A program made the position numbers and the translations under genes. This document shows positions 47,964 to 62,525 of a DNA stretch of 64,000 nt, one piece after another. The DNA comes from an uncultured Chloroflexia bacterium (GTDB lineage: Bacteria; Chloroflexota; Limnocylindria; Limnocylindrales; CSP1-4): NCBI GenBank assembly GCA_963734535.1, contig CAVTHS010000014.1, positions 160,001 through 224,000 of the forward strand, given 5' to 3'. A model generated the notes under the pieces. It ran no database searches, was not told the DNA's origin, and was given only the letters and a program-made list of their open reading frames with translations. The first letter of the stretch is position 1; the number at the start of each line of letters is the position of its first letter.

Positions 47964-49164
47964 ATGGCTCGCTTCGCGTACGGTGGCCAGGCGCTCATCG
48001 AGGGCGTCCTCATGCGCGGTCGCGACGTGATCGCGGTCGCGCTGCGACACCCGGACGGGCGCATCGTGTGGGCCGACGAGAAGCTCGCGGTGGGGTTCCG
48101 CGCCACTCGCTGGGCGCGGCTCCCGTTCGTGCGCGGGCTCGTCGTCCTCTACGAGACGCTGGTCGTGGGGACGCGCTGGCTCGTTCGATCGGCGGGGGTG
48201 GCCGCCGTCGAGGATCTTCCTCCCGCAACGCCGCCGGTCCCGCTGCCTCCCGTTGCCGCCGACCCCGACGAGGCGTCCGTCGCGGACGCCGTCGATCCCG
48301 GCGCCGGCGCCGGGATCGATCCGAACCGGTCGTTGCCGGCCGCCTCGCCGGCCCCTGGCGGAGTGGCCGTCTCGTCCGCGCTCGCCGAGCCGGCCGCATT
48401 GCCCGCTCCCGCCGCGCTGGCAGCCCCGGCGCCTGCGGCCTCGCCGGCCGTCCCCGCGCCCGCCGCCGACAGCGCCGAGCTCGGGAAGGGCGCCGTCGCG
48501 CTCATGCTCGGCCTGACCCTGGTCTTCGGCATCGGGCTCTTCTTCTTCGTGCCCCTCCTGCTCGCCAAGGCGATCGCGGGCGGCCAGAGCAGCTACGTGG
48601 AGCGCGCCGTCGAGGGCGTCATCCAGGTCGCGATCTTCCTGGGCTACCTCTCGCTTGATCGGGCGCACCTCGGATGTCCGGCGGACGTTCCAGTACCACG
48701 GCGCGGAGCACATGTCGATCCACGCGCTGGAGGCGGGCGACCCGCTCACGGTCGAGGCGATCCGCAAGTACCCCACCGCGCATCCACGCTGCGGTACCGA
48801 GTTCCTGGTCGTGGTCATCCTCGTCTCGATCGTCGTGTTCAGCCTTGTCGGCCGCCAGGAGATCCCGATCATGATCGCCAGCCGGATCGTGCTGATCCCC
48901 GTCATCGCCGGGATCAGCTACGAGCTGCTCCGGTTCGGCGCGCGCCACCGCGGGAGCCGGATCGTCCGCTGGCTCTTCCAGCCCGGGATCTGGGTCCAGA
49001 AGATCACCACGAAGCAGCCCACGGACGACATGCTCGAGGTCGCCATCGTCAGCCTCGAGCAGGCGCTGCTCGCCGACGGCGAGGAGCTCCCCGCGGGCGG
49101 CATCCGGATCGGGCGCAGCCCGATGGTCCTGTCTGCCGAGGCGCGCCCGGCGACGGAGGCCTGA
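47964..49164 (+). CDS. DUF1385 membrane protein (indel near 48657)
   Basis: YGGQALIEGVLMR, FQYHGAEH, HPRCGT, QKITTKQP; usual position between rpmE and prfA. Confidence 0.9.
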
Positions 49165-49167
49165 GCG

Positions 49168-50274
49168 GTGGCCGACGGGGTCCTGGATCGCAAGCTCCGG
49201 GAGCTTGTCGCGCAGTACGAGCACGTCCAGGCCGAGCTCTCGACCCCCGAAGCGTCGGCGGACATGGACGCGCTGCGCCGGCTCGGCCGCGAGCTGGCGC
49301 GGCTGGAGCCGGTGGTCTCGTCGTATCGGCGCCTGGAGTCGCTCCGCTCGGAGCTGGCCGGCGCACGCGAGATGCGGGACGCGGAGCACGACGACGAGAT
49401 GCAGGCCATGGCCCGCGAGGAGATCACCAGGCTCGAGACCGCCGAGGCCGCCGAGCTCGAGGCGCTGACCGTCCACCTGCTGCCCCGCGATCCCAACGAC
49501 GACCGGAACGTCATCGTGGAGATCCGGGCCGGCGCCGGCGGCGACGAGGCCGCGCTCTTTGCCGGCGACCTGCTCCGGATGTACCTCCGGTACGCCGACC
49601 GGCATCGGCTGCGGGCCGAGGTGATGAGCCTCCACGAGACGGGGATCGGGGGTGTCAAGGAGGCGGTCGTCGAGATCTTCGGCGAGGGCGCCTTCAGCCG
49701 CCTCAAGTTCGAGAGCGGAGTCCACCGCGTCCAGCGCGTCCCGGCCACCGAGTCATCCGGCCGGATCCACACCTCGACCGCGACGGTCGTGGTCCTGCCC
49801 GAGGCCGAGGAGGCCGATCTCTCGATCGACGAGGACCGTGACCTCCGGATCGAGGTCAAGCGCTCCTCTGGCCCCGGTGGCCAGGGCGTCAACACCACCG
49901 ACTCGGCGGTCCGCATCACGCACCTGCCCAGCGGCCTGGTCGTGGAGATCCAGGACGAACGGAGCCAGCTCAAGAACAAGGTCAAGGCGATGGCGATCCT
50001 GCGCGCCCGGCTCCTGGACCGGGAGCTGTCGCGGCAGCGCGAGGCGGACTCCGTCACGCGGCGCTCGCTGATCGGGGCAGGGGACCGCTCCGACAAGATC
50101 CGGACCTACAACTTCGCGCAGGACCGGGTGACGGACCATCGCATCGGGATGGACCTCTCGAACCTGCCCGGCGTGCTCGACGGCAACCTCGATCGGCTGC
50201 TGGAGGCGCTCAGCGCCACCGACCAGGCGGAGCGGCTGGCATCCCTGGCCGACGACGGCGAAGGCGGATCCTGA
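49168..50274 (+). CDS. prfA: Peptide chain release factor 1
   Basis: [13 protein letters not shown] motif (RVPATES), GGQ, IRTYN. Confidence 0.98.
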   Translation: MADGVLDRKLRELVAQYEHVQAELSTPEASADMDALRRLGRELARLEPVVSSYRRLESLRSELAGAREMRDAEHDDEMQAMAREEITRLETAEAAELEALTVHLLPRDPNDDRNVIVEIRAGAGGDEAALFAGDLLRMYLRYADRHRLRAEVMSLHETGIGGVKEAVVEIFGEGAFSRLKFESGVHRVQRVPATESSGRIHTSTATVVVLPEAEEADLSIDEDRDLRIEVKRSSGPGGQGVNTTDSAVRITHLPSGLVVEIQDERSQLKNKVKAMAILRARLLDRELSRQREADSVTRRSLIGAGDRSDKIRTYNFAQDRVTDHRIGMDLSNLPGVLDGNLDRLLEALSATDQAERLASLADDGEGGS

Positions 50275-51229
50275 CGCGCGGGTCGGCCGCGACGGTCGGC
50301 GAGCTCCTGGCCCGCGGCGTCGACCGCCTCCGCGCGGCTGGCTCGCCGAGCGCCCGGCTGGACGCCGAGCTGCTCCTGGCGGATGCGCTCGGCACGGATC
50401 GCACCGGGGTGCTGGCACATCCCGACGGCCTCGCCGGCGACGGCCCCGCGGCCCGGTTCGCGGCCGCGCTCGAGCGCCGCGCGTCCGGCGAGCCGGTCGC
50501 CTACATCCGCGGCATCAGGGAGTTCCACGGCCTCGCCCTGGCGGTCGATGCCCGCGCGCTCGTGCCACGCCCCGAGACCGAGCTGCTGGTGGATCTCGCG
50601 CTGGCCGAGCTGGCCGACGTGCTGGGCCGCGCGCCACGCCCGAGCGGGGACGCCGCCGCTTCGCGTGGCCGACGTCGGGACCGGGAGCGGCGCCATCGCG
50701 GTCGCGATCGCGGCCGCGCTGCGGCGGCGCGGCATGGCCGCCGAGGTGGAGATCGTCGCGTCCGACCGCTCGGCCGGGGCCGCCGCGCTGGCAGCCGAGA
50801 ACGCGGTCGCGCACGGCGTGGCCGATCACGTGGGGATCGCGGTGGCCGACCTCCTGCCCACCGCCGGCGTGGAGGCGGGCCTGCTGCGCGCGCCCGATCG
50901 CTTCGACCTGGTGTGCGCCAACCTGCCCTACATCCGCACGGCCGATCTCGCCGGCCTCCCGGCACCGATCGGGTTCGAGCCGCGCGAGGCGCTTGACGGC
51001 GGACCCGACGGGCTCGACGTCATCCGGCGCCTGCTCGCGCTGCTTCCCGACCAGGCTCGACGCGGCCGGCCTCGCCCTCCTCGAGATCGGTGCCGACCAG
51101 TCCGGCCTGGTCTCGGGAGCCGTCGCGTCCCTCCTGCCGGGCTGGGGCTGCGAGGTCGTGGCGGACCTCGCCGGGCTGCCGCGGATCGCCCGGGTCGCGC
51201 CTGCCACGCGCCCCGCGTCCGAGGCGTGA
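50271..51229 (+). CDS. prmC: Release factor glutamine methyltransferase (indels near 50640 and 51052)
   Basis: [44 protein letters not shown] and LEIG, spread over three frames. Confidence 0.92.
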
Positions 51230-52118
51230 CGAGGCGGACGCCGGTGACGGGCGACCGGCGGCGCCCGATCCGGCTGGTAGCGCTCGACCTCGACGGCACC
51301 CTGGTCGGCGATGACCTGCGGATCCGGCCGAGGACCGTCGCGGCCGTGCGGGCGGCCGTCGAGGCGGGCGTCGCGGTCGCGATCGTCACCGGGCGGATGA
51401 CCAGCTCCGCGCTCCCCTACGCGCGCGAGCTCGGGCTGCGCGTCCCGATCGTGGGGATGCAGGGTGCCCTGATCCGCGAGATGCCCGCCGCGGGCCACTC
51501 CGGCCTGGGTCGACTGCTCTTCCACCGGCCGCTGCCGGCCGCCGTCGTCCTCGACGCGCTGGCCTGGTGCCGGGGCAAGGGGCTCGACCCGCACCTCAAC
51601 CACCTCGAGAGGATGGTGGTTCCCGCCGCGCACTCCCGCGCGGCCGAGTACGTCCGGTTCAACCTGGGCCGCGTCGCGGTCGTGCCCGACCTCGATGCGT
51701 GGGTGACGCCACCCGGTGACGAAGGTGATCTCGGTGGGGAATCCCCCGGCCCCGACCCGACGTCCTGCCCGCCGCCCGGGCCGACTTCGAGGGACGCGCG
51801 CTGGCCACCGTCAGCCACCCGATGTTCCTCGAGTTCGTGGCGCCCGGGGTCAGCAAGGGGGCCGCCGTCGGCTGGCTCGCACGCCGCCTGGGCGTGGACC
51901 TGCGTGACGCGCTCGCCATCGGCGACCAGCTCAACGACCTCGAGATGATCGCCGAGGTGGGGTTCGGCGTCGCGATGCCGCACGGCCCGTCGGAGCTCCG
52001 GGCCGCGGCCAGCCTCGTGGCCCCGCCCTTCGAGGAGGACGGCGCGGCCCAGGTCATCGAGACGTACGTGCTCGGCGGCCGCGCCGGCGCCCGACGACGC
52101 GACGCGGTGGCGCCCTGA
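51226..52118 (+). CDS. Cof-type HAD-IIB hydrolase (indels near 51710 and 51758)
   Basis: [29 protein letters not shown]. Confidence 0.88.
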
Positions 52119-52257
52119 CCCTGTTCTCCGCGGGTGCGTTCGGGCGCCTCGCGGGTGGTTGGGTGACAATGGCACGAATGCGCCGGCCGGTGGGTGCCGG
52201 ACAGGTCGAGCGTCTCCGGCGGAGGCGGCGACCGGGGGCGACCCGAAGGGAGTGGGG

Positions 52258-53538
52258 ATGAGCGTGACGGACGCCTCGCGAGCTGCGTGGGCGACGGTCG
52301 CCGAGCTGGACCCCGAGATCTGGTCCGCGATGCGCGGCGAGGCGGACCGCCAGCGCTGGAAGATCGAGCTGATCGCGAGCGAGAACTACACGTTCGCCGC
52401 GGTCATGGAAGCGCAGGGCTCCTGGCTCACGAACAAGTACGCGGAAGGCCTTCCGGGCCGGCGGTACTACGGCGGTTGCGAGTACGTGGACGTCGTGGAG
52501 CGGCTTGCGCAGGATCGCGCCCTCGCCCTCTTCCCGGGCGCGGAGCACGTCAACGTCCAGCCCCATGCCGGCGCCCCCGCGAACCTGGCCGCGTTCTACG
52601 CCGTGCTCTCGCCCGGCGACCGGATCCTCGGGATGAGCCTGGCCCACGGCGGCCACCTGACGCACGGCTCGCCCGTCAACGTCAGCGGCAAGTGGTTCGA
52701 GGTCCACGCCTACGGCGTCGACCCCGAGACGAACCTGATCGACTACGACCTGCTGGAGCGGCAGGCCGCGGAGGTCCGGCCCAAGCTCGTCATCGCCGGT
52801 GCAAGCTCCTACTCGCGGATCCTCGACTTCGAGCGCTTCGCGGCGATCGCCCATGGCGTGGGGGCGTATCTCCTCGTCGACATGGCGCACATCGCGGGCC
52901 TCGTCGCGGCCGGGGAGCACCCATCGCCCTTCCCGCACGCGGACCTGGTCACGACGACAACCCACAAGACGCTCCGCGGCCCGCGGGGCGGCCTGATCTT
53001 CTCGACGGCCGAGCTCGCCAAGCAGGTGGACAAGGCCGTCTTCCCGGGAACCCAGGGCGGGCCGCTGATGCACGTCATCGCCGCGAAGGCGGTCGCGCTG
53101 CGCCTCGCCGCCACGCCCGAGTTCCGGGAGGACCAGCGTCGGACGGTGGAGAACGCGCGCGTCCTCGCGGAGGCCATCGGCGCGCGCGGCGGCAGGCTCA
53201 TCACCGGCGGGACGGACACCCACCTGATGAGCGTCGACGTGACGCCGTTCGGGGCGACGGGCCGGGAGGCGGAGCGTCTGCTCGACAACGTGGGGATCAC
53301 GGTCAACAAGAACGCCATCCCGTTCGACCCGAATCCGCCCAACATCGCCTCCGGGATCCGGATCGGGACCCCGGCCACCACGACCCGCGGGTTCGGCGCC
53401 GCCGAGATGCGCGAGATCGGCCGGCTCATCGTGGCGTCGCTCACCTCCCGGGACGAGCCCGCCGAGCAGACGAAGATCGCCGCGGAGGTTCGCGACATCT
53501 GCGGGCGCTTCCCCGTCCCGGGGTTGCCCGAAGCATGA
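52258..53538 (+). CDS. glyA: Serine hydroxymethyltransferase
   Basis: [32 protein letters not shown]. Confidence 0.98.
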   Translation: MSVTDASRAAWATVAELDPEIWSAMRGEADRQRWKIELIASENYTFAAVMEAQGSWLTNKYAEGLPGRRYYGGCEYVDVVERLAQDRALALFPGAEHVNVQPHAGAPANLAAFYAVLSPGDRILGMSLAHGGHLTHGSPVNVSGKWFEVHAYGVDPETNLIDYDLLERQAAEVRPKLVIAGASSYSRILDFERFAAIAHGVGAYLLVDMAHIAGLVAAGEHPSPFPHADLVTTTTHKTLRGPRGGLIFSTAELAKQVDKAVFPGTQGGPLMHVIAAKAVALRLAATPEFREDQRRTVENARVLAEAIGARGGRLITGGTDTHLMSVDVTPFGATGREAERLLDNVGITVNKNAIPFDPNPPNIASGIRIGTPATTTRGFGAAEMREIGRLIVASLTSRDEPAEQTKIAAEVRDICGRFPVPGLPEA

Positions 53539-53542
53539 CCCG

Positions 53543-54607
53543 GTGAGCGAGGGGATCGCGGGTCCGGCCCTCGCCGCGTTCGCGACCGCCGCGATCCTCG
53601 CCCTCGTCCTCACCCCGCTCGTCCGCCGGATCGCTCACCGGTTCGACGTCCTGGACCGGCCCGAGGAGCGCCGCGTCAACACCTCGCCGGTCCCGCGCGG
53701 CGGCGGCATCGCGGTCGCCGCGGCCTTCGTGATCACCGCGCTCGGCCTGCTCGTGGCAGACGCGCGCTTCGGGATCTGGCCCTCGTCGGACGCCCCCGGC
53801 GCCGGCGAGGTCGTCGCGCTGATCGGAGGAGCGGCACTGGCGGCCCTGATCGGCAGCCTGGACGACTGGTTCGACCTGCGCGCGCGCTGGCAGCTTGCCG
53901 GGCAGCTCGTGGTGGCGGGCGTCGCCGTGGGCCTGGGCATCACCGTGACCCTGCTCGCGAACCCGTTCGGGCCGGGCTTCATCCGCCTCGGCGGGGTCTT
54001 CGGGGCCGCCTTCGCGGTGCTGTGGGTCCTGGGGATGATCAACAGCATCAACTTCATCGACGGGCTCGACGGGCTCTCGTCGGGCGTGGCCCTGATCGCA
54101 GCGCTGACGCTCGGGACGATCAGCCTGACCGGCCCGATCGACCAGCCGGCCGTCGCGCTCTTCTGCTTCGCGCTGGCCGGTGCGCTCCTCGGCTTCCTGC
54201 GCTGGAACCTCCACCCCGCCTCGATCTTCCTCGGGACGAGCGGCGTGATGATGATCGGCTACGCCCTGGCGCTGCTCGCCATCCTCGGGAGCGCCAAGGT
54301 CGCCGTTGCCCTCCTCGTCCTGGGCGTCCCGGTCATCGACACGTTCTGGATCATCGTCCGGCGCCTCTCGGAGGGCCGCTCGCCGTTCTCGCCGGATCGC
54401 GGCCACATCCACCACCGGCTCCTGGACCTTGGCCTCTCCCACGGCCAGACGGTGCTCGTCATCTACGCCGTGTGCATCGCGCTCGCCGTGCTCTCGCTCG
54501 TGCTCTCCGGCACGGGCCAGATGTACGCATTCCTGGGCGTCTTCGTGATCTTCGGGCTCGGGCTGTACCTGCTCAGCCGCGCGGCGGGAGGGAACGACGC
54601 CGCCTGA
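53543..54607 (+). CDS. MraY-family (WecA/TagO-like) GlcNAc-1-P transferase
   Basis: PRGGG, DD, NFIDGLDGL, PASIFLG, DRGHIHHRL. Confidence 0.9.
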   Translation: MSEGIAGPALAAFATAAILALVLTPLVRRIAHRFDVLDRPEERRVNTSPVPRGGGIAVAAAFVITALGLLVADARFGIWPSSDAPGAGEVVALIGGAALAALIGSLDDWFDLRARWQLAGQLVVAGVAVGLGITVTLLANPFGPGFIRLGGVFGAAFAVLWVLGMINSINFIDGLDGLSSGVALIAALTLGTISLTGPIDQPAVALFCFALAGALLGFLRWNLHPASIFLGTSGVMMIGYALALLAILGSAKVAVALLVLGVPVIDTFWIIVRRLSEGRSPFSPDRGHIHHRLLDLGLSHGQTVLVIYAVCIALAVLSLVLSGTGQMYAFLGVFVIFGLGLYLLSRAAGGNDAA

Positions 54608-54668
54608 CGCGCGCTACGCTTGGTGCCCGGCCCACCCGGGATGGACGGGCTCGCCGTGAGGAGCAGTC

Positions 54669-55724
54669 GTGAAGCGGTCGCGGCAGGAGTCGTGGGCGCT
54701 CGACGCGGTCATCGCGCTCGTCGAGGCGCCGGGCCTCCGGGTGTGGCTGGCGATCGTGGGCGCGGCCCTCGCGATCGGGACGGCGGGATACATGCTCCTG
54801 GAGGGCTGGAGCCTCTCGGACGCGCTCTACATGACCGTGATCAGCGTCACGACGGCCGGCTTCCGCGAGGTTCGCGAGCTTGACGACGGTGGCCGGCTGT
54901 GGACCATGCTGGTCACCGGCTTCGGGGTCATCCTCATCTTCGGGAGCGTGGGCCTCGTGACCGAGTACCTCGTGATCGAGGCGACGAGCGGACGGAGGGT
55001 CGGGCGACGCATGACACGCCAGGTGGACGAGCTCCGCGATCACTTCGTCCTGTGCGGGTACGGCCGGGTCGGATCCACCGTCGCCCACGAGCTGGTGCAT
55101 GACGGCGAACGGTTCGTGGTCATCGACGCCAACCCCGATTCGATCAAGCACGCCCGGGACGACGGCTACCTCGTGGTGGAGGGCGATGCCACCGACGATG
55201 CGACGCTCCGCGCCGGCGGCATCACCAGGGCGAAGGGCCTCGTCGCCACGATCGATTCGGACGCCCAGAACGTGTACGTGATCCTCTCGGCCCGCGCGCT
55301 CAACCCGGGCCTCTTCGTGGTCGGCAGGGCCAGCACGCCGGCCGCCGAAGAGAAGCTGGCCCGCGCCGGCGCCGACCGGATCGTCTCGCCGTACACGATG
55401 GCCGGACGGCGAATCGCCGAGCTGGCCGTGCGGCCGCGGGTGGTGGACTTCCTGGACGCCGCGCTCTCGCACGGCGAGCTCTCGTTCAGCATCGAGGAGC
55501 TCCATGCGCGCGCGGGCGGGCCGCTCGAGGGGGCCAGCGTCGGGGAGCTCCGCGGGCGCGGGCTCTTCGTGCTCGCGATCCTGGGGGCGGACGATCGGTA
55601 TGCCGCGAACCCGCCCGGCGACCGGCGGCTCATGGGCGGCGAGACGTTCATCGCGTCGGGCTCCGCGGAGGCGCTCGGGGCGGCGCGGTCAGGCGCGGCT
55701 GCTGGGGGCCGGTTGCCCGCCTGA
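54669..55724 (+). CDS. K+ channel with RCK (TrkA-N) domain
   Basis: TTAGFRE pore, CGYGRVG Rossmann motif, GDAT, AGADRIVSP. Confidence 0.9.
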   Translation: MKRSRQESWALDAVIALVEAPGLRVWLAIVGAALAIGTAGYMLLEGWSLSDALYMTVISVTTAGFREVRELDDGGRLWTMLVTGFGVILIFGSVGLVTEYLVIEATSGRRVGRRMTRQVDELRDHFVLCGYGRVGSTVAHELVHDGERFVVIDANPDSIKHARDDGYLVVEGDATDDATLRAGGITRAKGLVATIDSDAQNVYVILSARALNPGLFVVGRASTPAAEEKLARAGADRIVSPYTMAGRRIAELAVRPRVVDFLDAALSHGELSFSIEELHARAGGPLEGASVGELRGRGLFVLAILGADDRYAANPPGDRRLMGGETFIASGSAEALGAARSGAAAGGRLPA

Positions 55725-55742
55725 CGCCCCCATTGCTATACT
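55713..55742 (+). promoter_or_regulatory. atp operon promoter (TTGCCC-N18-TATACT, extended TG)
   Basis: TGcTATACT about 30 nt upstream of the first atp gene. Confidence 0.55.
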
Positions 55743-55772
55743 CGCGCGGCTTCGCCAGGGAGCCGAATCGCC

Positions 55773-55991
55773 GTGCCCGAACGGGCCTGGGGTTACTTCG
55801 CACTCTTCTCCGAGATCGGCCTCGTGCTCCTCGTGGCGGTCCTGGTGGGCGTGCTGGGCGGATACTGGGTGGACCAGCAGCTGCGAACGCTGCCGATCTT
55901 CGTCCTCGTCGGGCTCCTCGTCGGGCTCGGTGCGGGTGCCCGGGCCGTCTACCAGCTGATCAGCAGGTTCCTGGCGACCTTCGACGACTGA
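55773..55991 (+). CDS. AtpZ/AtpI-family (ATPase gene 1) protein
   Basis: Two TM segments with GGYWVD...P.F...G; first gene of the atp operon. Confidence 0.85.
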   Translation: MPERAWGYFALFSEIGLVLLVAVLVGVLGGYWVDQQLRTLPIFVLVGLLVGLGAGARAVYQLISRFLATFDD

Positions 55992-56097
55992 CGGGGGGAG
56001 AGCGCGGCCGTCCGGCCGTGCCCCCGGTGCATGGAGAGAGCGTGGCGAGCAGCGGCAGATGGAGGGACCCTCGAGGGGCGCCCGCGGAGGCGGCACG

Positions 56098-57093
56098 GTG
56101 AGCCGGTTCCTGACGCGGCGCACCCTCGGCTATCTCGTGCTCGCAGTCCTGGCTCTCGACGTCCTCGCCTTCCTGGCCCTTCCCCCGGCGGAGAAGGGCG
56201 CGGCCTCGGGCACCGCGTGCGCCTACCCCGTCTGCTTCATCAACGGGAACCTGGAGCTTCCCGCGCCCCACGTGATCGTGGACCTGGACCCGGCCAACCC
56301 GACGCCGACCGGCCCGCTCGTGGTGGGCTTCTGGCCCAGCATCACGAGCACGATCTTCACGATGTGGATCGTGATCCTGCTCGTGCTGGGCCTCTCGATC
56401 CTCATGACGCGCCGGCGCGACGTCATCCCCGGACGTCTGCAGAACGCCGCCGAGCTCGCCTACGAGTCCCTCGAGAACTTCGCGGTCTCCCTCGGCGGCG
56501 ATCGCGCCCGGCCGTACGTGCCGTGGTTCGCGGGGCTCTTCATCTTCATCGTGGCCGGCAACTGGATCGGCCTCGTGTCGCCGGTCGGCAAGCTGGAGGA
56601 GCTCCGGGCCCCGACCAGCGACGTGAACGTGACACTCGGCCTTGCGCTCGTCAGCTTCACGGTCTTCCAGGTGGAGGGCTTCCGTGCGCTGGGTGTCGGC
56701 GGCTACCTCGGCAAGTTCTTCCCCCTGTACGAGTTCAGGAACGGCGTGGGCGCCGGCATCATCGCCCTGTTCGTCGGGCTGATCGAGCTCCTCCTCGAGT
56801 TCATCAAGCCCGTCACGCTGTCGATGCGCCTCTTCGGCAACATCTATGGTGGTGAGGTCGCGCTCGGGGTGGTCACCGGCCTCACGGTCGCCATCCTGCC
56901 GGTCGCGCTGTATGGGCTGGAGTTCCTCCTGAACCTGGTCCAGGCGCTCATCTTCAGCGTCCTCTCGCTCATGTTCATCCTCATCGCCACCGAAGGCCAC
57001 GAGCACGAGGAGGGCCACCTCGCCGAGGAGGTCCTCGACGCGTCCGCGGACATGGCCGCACCAGCCATGCATACGAGCCCGTCAGGGGCCTGA
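56098..57093 (+). CDS. atpB: ATP synthase F0 subunit a
   Basis: PGRLQN, PTSDVNVTL, LSMRLFGNI, VQALIF; GTG after GGAGG (ATG 56059 is an alternative). Confidence 0.96.
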   Translation: MSRFLTRRTLGYLVLAVLALDVLAFLALPPAEKGAASGTACAYPVCFINGNLELPAPHVIVDLDPANPTPTGPLVVGFWPSITSTIFTMWIVILLVLGLSILMTRRRDVIPGRLQNAAELAYESLENFAVSLGGDRARPYVPWFAGLFIFIVAGNWIGLVSPVGKLEELRAPTSDVNVTLGLALVSFTVFQVEGFRALGVGGYLGKFFPLYEFRNGVGAGIIALFVGLIELLLEFIKPVTLSMRLFGNIYGGEVALGVVTGLTVAILPVALYGLEFLLNLVQALIFSVLSLMFILIATEGHEHEEGHLAEEVLDASADMAAPAMHTSPSGA

Positions 57094-57146
57094 TCCGTCG
57101 TCACCAGACCCCGGGAGACCCCCGGAGGCAGGAGGGAGTACCACTC

Positions 57147-57359
57147 ATGGAGCACCTCGGCGCAGGCCTTGCGGCCCTCGGCGTCATCGGCCCCGGCATC
57201 GGCATCGGCATCCTCGCGGGCATGTCCAGCAGCGCGATCAGCCGGAACCCGGACGCGGCCTCCCAGATCCGCGGCCTTGCCATCATCCTCGCGGCGTTCG
57301 CCGAAGGGCTCGGCGTCCTCGCGGTGGTGGTCGGCCTCCTCGCGATCTTCATCAAGTAG
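57147..57359 (+). CDS. atpE: ATP synthase F0 subunit c
   Basis: GxGxG helix, RNP loop and conserved Glu (AFAEG). The Na+-binding Q/ES motif is absent, so it is probably H+-coupled. Confidence 0.96.
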   Translation: MEHLGAGLAALGVIGPGIGIGILAGMSSSAISRNPDAASQIRGLAIILAAFAEGLGVLAVVVGLLAIFIK

Positions 57360-57380
57360 GCGACGAGCCGGAGCCCCAGC

Positions 57381-58067
57381 GTGGCATTCGTCGACGCCGG
57401 CCAGGCGGCCCGCGAGGTCGTCCGCCTCCAGGCCGAGGCCGCGACCCCCGGGTTGACCATCAACCTGTTCTGGATCATCGTCGCGGCCCTCAACTTCCTG
57501 GTCTTCTTCGCCGTGCTCTACCTGGTGGTCCTCAAGCCGATCGGGGCGACGCTGCGAGATCGCCGCGCGCGCATCGAGCAGGGGATCCACGACGCCGACC
57601 AGGCCCGCATCGAACGCGCCGCCGGCGAGGCGGCCGCGCTCGCGGAGCTGCATGCCGCGCGCCGCGAGGCGCGCGAGATCCTCGAGCGCGCCCAGAAGCT
57701 GGCCGAGGAGAGCCGTGCCGCAGACGTCGCCGCGACCCGCGAGGAGCTGGAGCGGATGCGCGTTCGTGCGTCCGCGGAGATCGAGGCCGAGAAGGCCCGC
57801 GCCATCGCCGACCTGCGGACCGAGGTCGCAACGCTCGCCCTCGACGCCGCCGGCCGCGTCGTGGGCGAGACGATGAGCAGCGACCGGCAGCGCCGCCTGG
57901 TCGAGGAATACCTCGCCGAATCCGCCGCGGGCGCACGTCCGGCAGGGGGACCGGCTGCGGCCGGAGCGGCCTCCGAAGGGCCCGCTGCCGGAGGAGCGGC
58001 CTCCGGCCTGTCCGGGACGAGCGAATCCGGCGCGAGCGGACCGGCGGCCGGAGGGCCTGTCGCCTGA
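57381..58067 (+). CDS. atpF: ATP synthase F0 subunit b
   Basis: NF..F TM, KPI...L..R..RI coiled coil; low-complexity tail. Confidence 0.93.
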   Translation: MAFVDAGQAAREVVRLQAEAATPGLTINLFWIIVAALNFLVFFAVLYLVVLKPIGATLRDRRARIEQGIHDADQARIERAAGEAAALAELHAARREAREILERAQKLAEESRAADVAATREELERMRVRASAEIEAEKARAIADLRTEVATLALDAAGRVVGETMSSDRQRRLVEEYLAESAAGARPAGGPAAAGAASEGPAAGGAASGLSGTSESGASGPAAGGPVA

Positions 58068-58636
58068 TGGCCACCTCGACGGCCGCCGCGCGCCGCTATG
58101 CCGAGGCCGCGCTGGAGCTCGCCCGCCGCGACGGGACGCTCGACGCGTGGCTCGTCGAGGTGGACCTCGCCGTGGAGCTCGTGGGCGCGAAGGAGGCAGC
58201 GACGGTCGTCGACAACCCGGCGATCGCCTGGGAGGTCCGGCGCTCGATCATCACCGGCCTGCTCGGCTCCCGTGTCGGCATGCCGACGCGGAACCTGGTG
58301 CTCCTCCTGGCGAGGCGCGGCCGGCTCTCCATCCTGCCCCGCGTCGCGGAGGAGCTCAAGCGACTCGTGGACCTGGAGCACGGCGTCGTCGTCGCAACCG
58401 TCACCAGCGCCCAGCCGCTCGAACCGGCCGAGCTCGCGGCCATCGCCGAGCACGTCGCGGCCACGTCCGGCGCGCTCTCCGGCGCGCCGTCCGGCGCGCG
58501 CGTCGAGGTCCACTCGGCGGTCGACCCAGCGCTGATCGGCGGCCTGACCGTCCGCGTCGGCGACCGACTCATCGATGCCAGCGTGCGGGGACGGCTCTCG
58601 CGGCTCCGCGAAAGCCTCGTCGCTGGAGCTCGCTGA
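58067..58636 (+). CDS. atpH: ATP synthase F1 subunit delta
   Basis: ARRYAEA, VDPALIGG..VRVGD..IDASV. Confidence 0.95.
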   Translation: MATSTAAARRYAEAALELARRDGTLDAWLVEVDLAVELVGAKEAATVVDNPAIAWEVRRSIITGLLGSRVGMPTRNLVLLLARRGRLSILPRVAEELKRLVDLEHGVVVATVTSAQPLEPAELAAIAEHVAATSGALSGAPSGARVEVHSAVDPALIGGLTVRVGDRLIDASVRGRLSRLRESLVAGAR

Positions 58637-58660
58637 CCCCCGCCCCGAACGGAGCACCGA

Positions 58661-60196
<1,536 letters not shown>

Positions 60197-60223
60197 CGGC
60201 AGGAAGGGGCGCGGGAGCGGCAC

Positions 60224-61078
60224 GTGGCGAGCCAGCGGGACATTCGACGGCGCATCGGCGCCGTCAAGAACATCAAGCAGATCACCCGGGCGATGCAGTT
60301 CGTGGCCGCCTCGAAGCTTCGCCGTGCCCAGGACGCGACGCTCGCCGCGCGGCCTTACGCGGAGAAGCTGGACGAGGTCCTCGCGGACCTCGCTGCGGTC
60401 CTCGGTGACGAGCACCACCCGCTGCTGGCGCGTCCCGACGGAGGGACCCGCCTTCTCGTGGTGATCACCACGGACCGCGGCCTCGCCGGCCCGCTCAACA
60501 CGAACACGATCCGGTTCGCCCTCAAGGAGGCCGCCGAGTTCGAGGGCCGCCTGACGACCGTGACCGTCGGGCGCAAGGGCCGCGACGCGATCCGCCGGAC
60601 GGGGATTCCCATCTCGGCGCACTTCAACGGCTTCGGCGACAAGCCGAGCTTCGCGGACGTCACGCCGCTCTCGCGCCTGCTCTCGGACGACTTCCTTGCC
60701 GGGACCTACGGCCAGGTCGACCTGATCTTCCCGAAGTTCGTCTCGACGCTCGTCCAGCGCCCGGTCGCGGAGCAGCTCCTGCCGATCCGCCCCGGAGACG
60801 ATGCCCACGGTGTTCCCGGCAACCAGTTCATCTTCGAGCCCAACCCGGCGACGGTCCTCCACCAGCTCCTCCCGCGCTACGTCGCGACCCGCATCTACCA
60901 GGCGATCCTGGAGACCACGGCCTCGGAGATGTCGAGCAAGATGGTGGCGATGAAGAGCGCCACGGAGAACGCGGAAGAGCTCATCGAGGACCTCACGCTC
61001 TCCTACAACAAGGTCCGCCAGACCAACATCACCCGCGAGATGATCGAGATCGCGTCCGGCGCCCGGGCCGGGCGCTAG
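60224..61078 (+). CDS. atpG: ATP synthase F1 subunit gamma
   Basis: ITRAMQFVAASK, DRGLAG, YNKVRQTNITREMIEI. Confidence 0.98.
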   Translation: MASQRDIRRRIGAVKNIKQITRAMQFVAASKLRRAQDATLAARPYAEKLDEVLADLAAVLGDEHHPLLARPDGGTRLLVVITTDRGLAGPLNTNTIRFALKEAAEFEGRLTTVTVGRKGRDAIRRTGIPISAHFNGFGDKPSFADVTPLSRLLSDDFLAGTYGQVDLIFPKFVSTLVQRPVAEQLLPIRPGDDAHGVPGNQFIFEPNPATVLHQLLPRYVATRIYQAILETTASEMSSKMVAMKSATENAEELIEDLTLSYNKVRQTNITREMIEIASGARAGR

Positions 61079-62515
<1,437 letters not shown>

Positions 62516-62525
62516 AGGACCGGCC

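Noticed and set aside
52119-52257. ZTP (pfl) or other riboswitch ahead of glyA
   Set aside because: The GACTGGCG...CGCCTGGG-type signature is absent.
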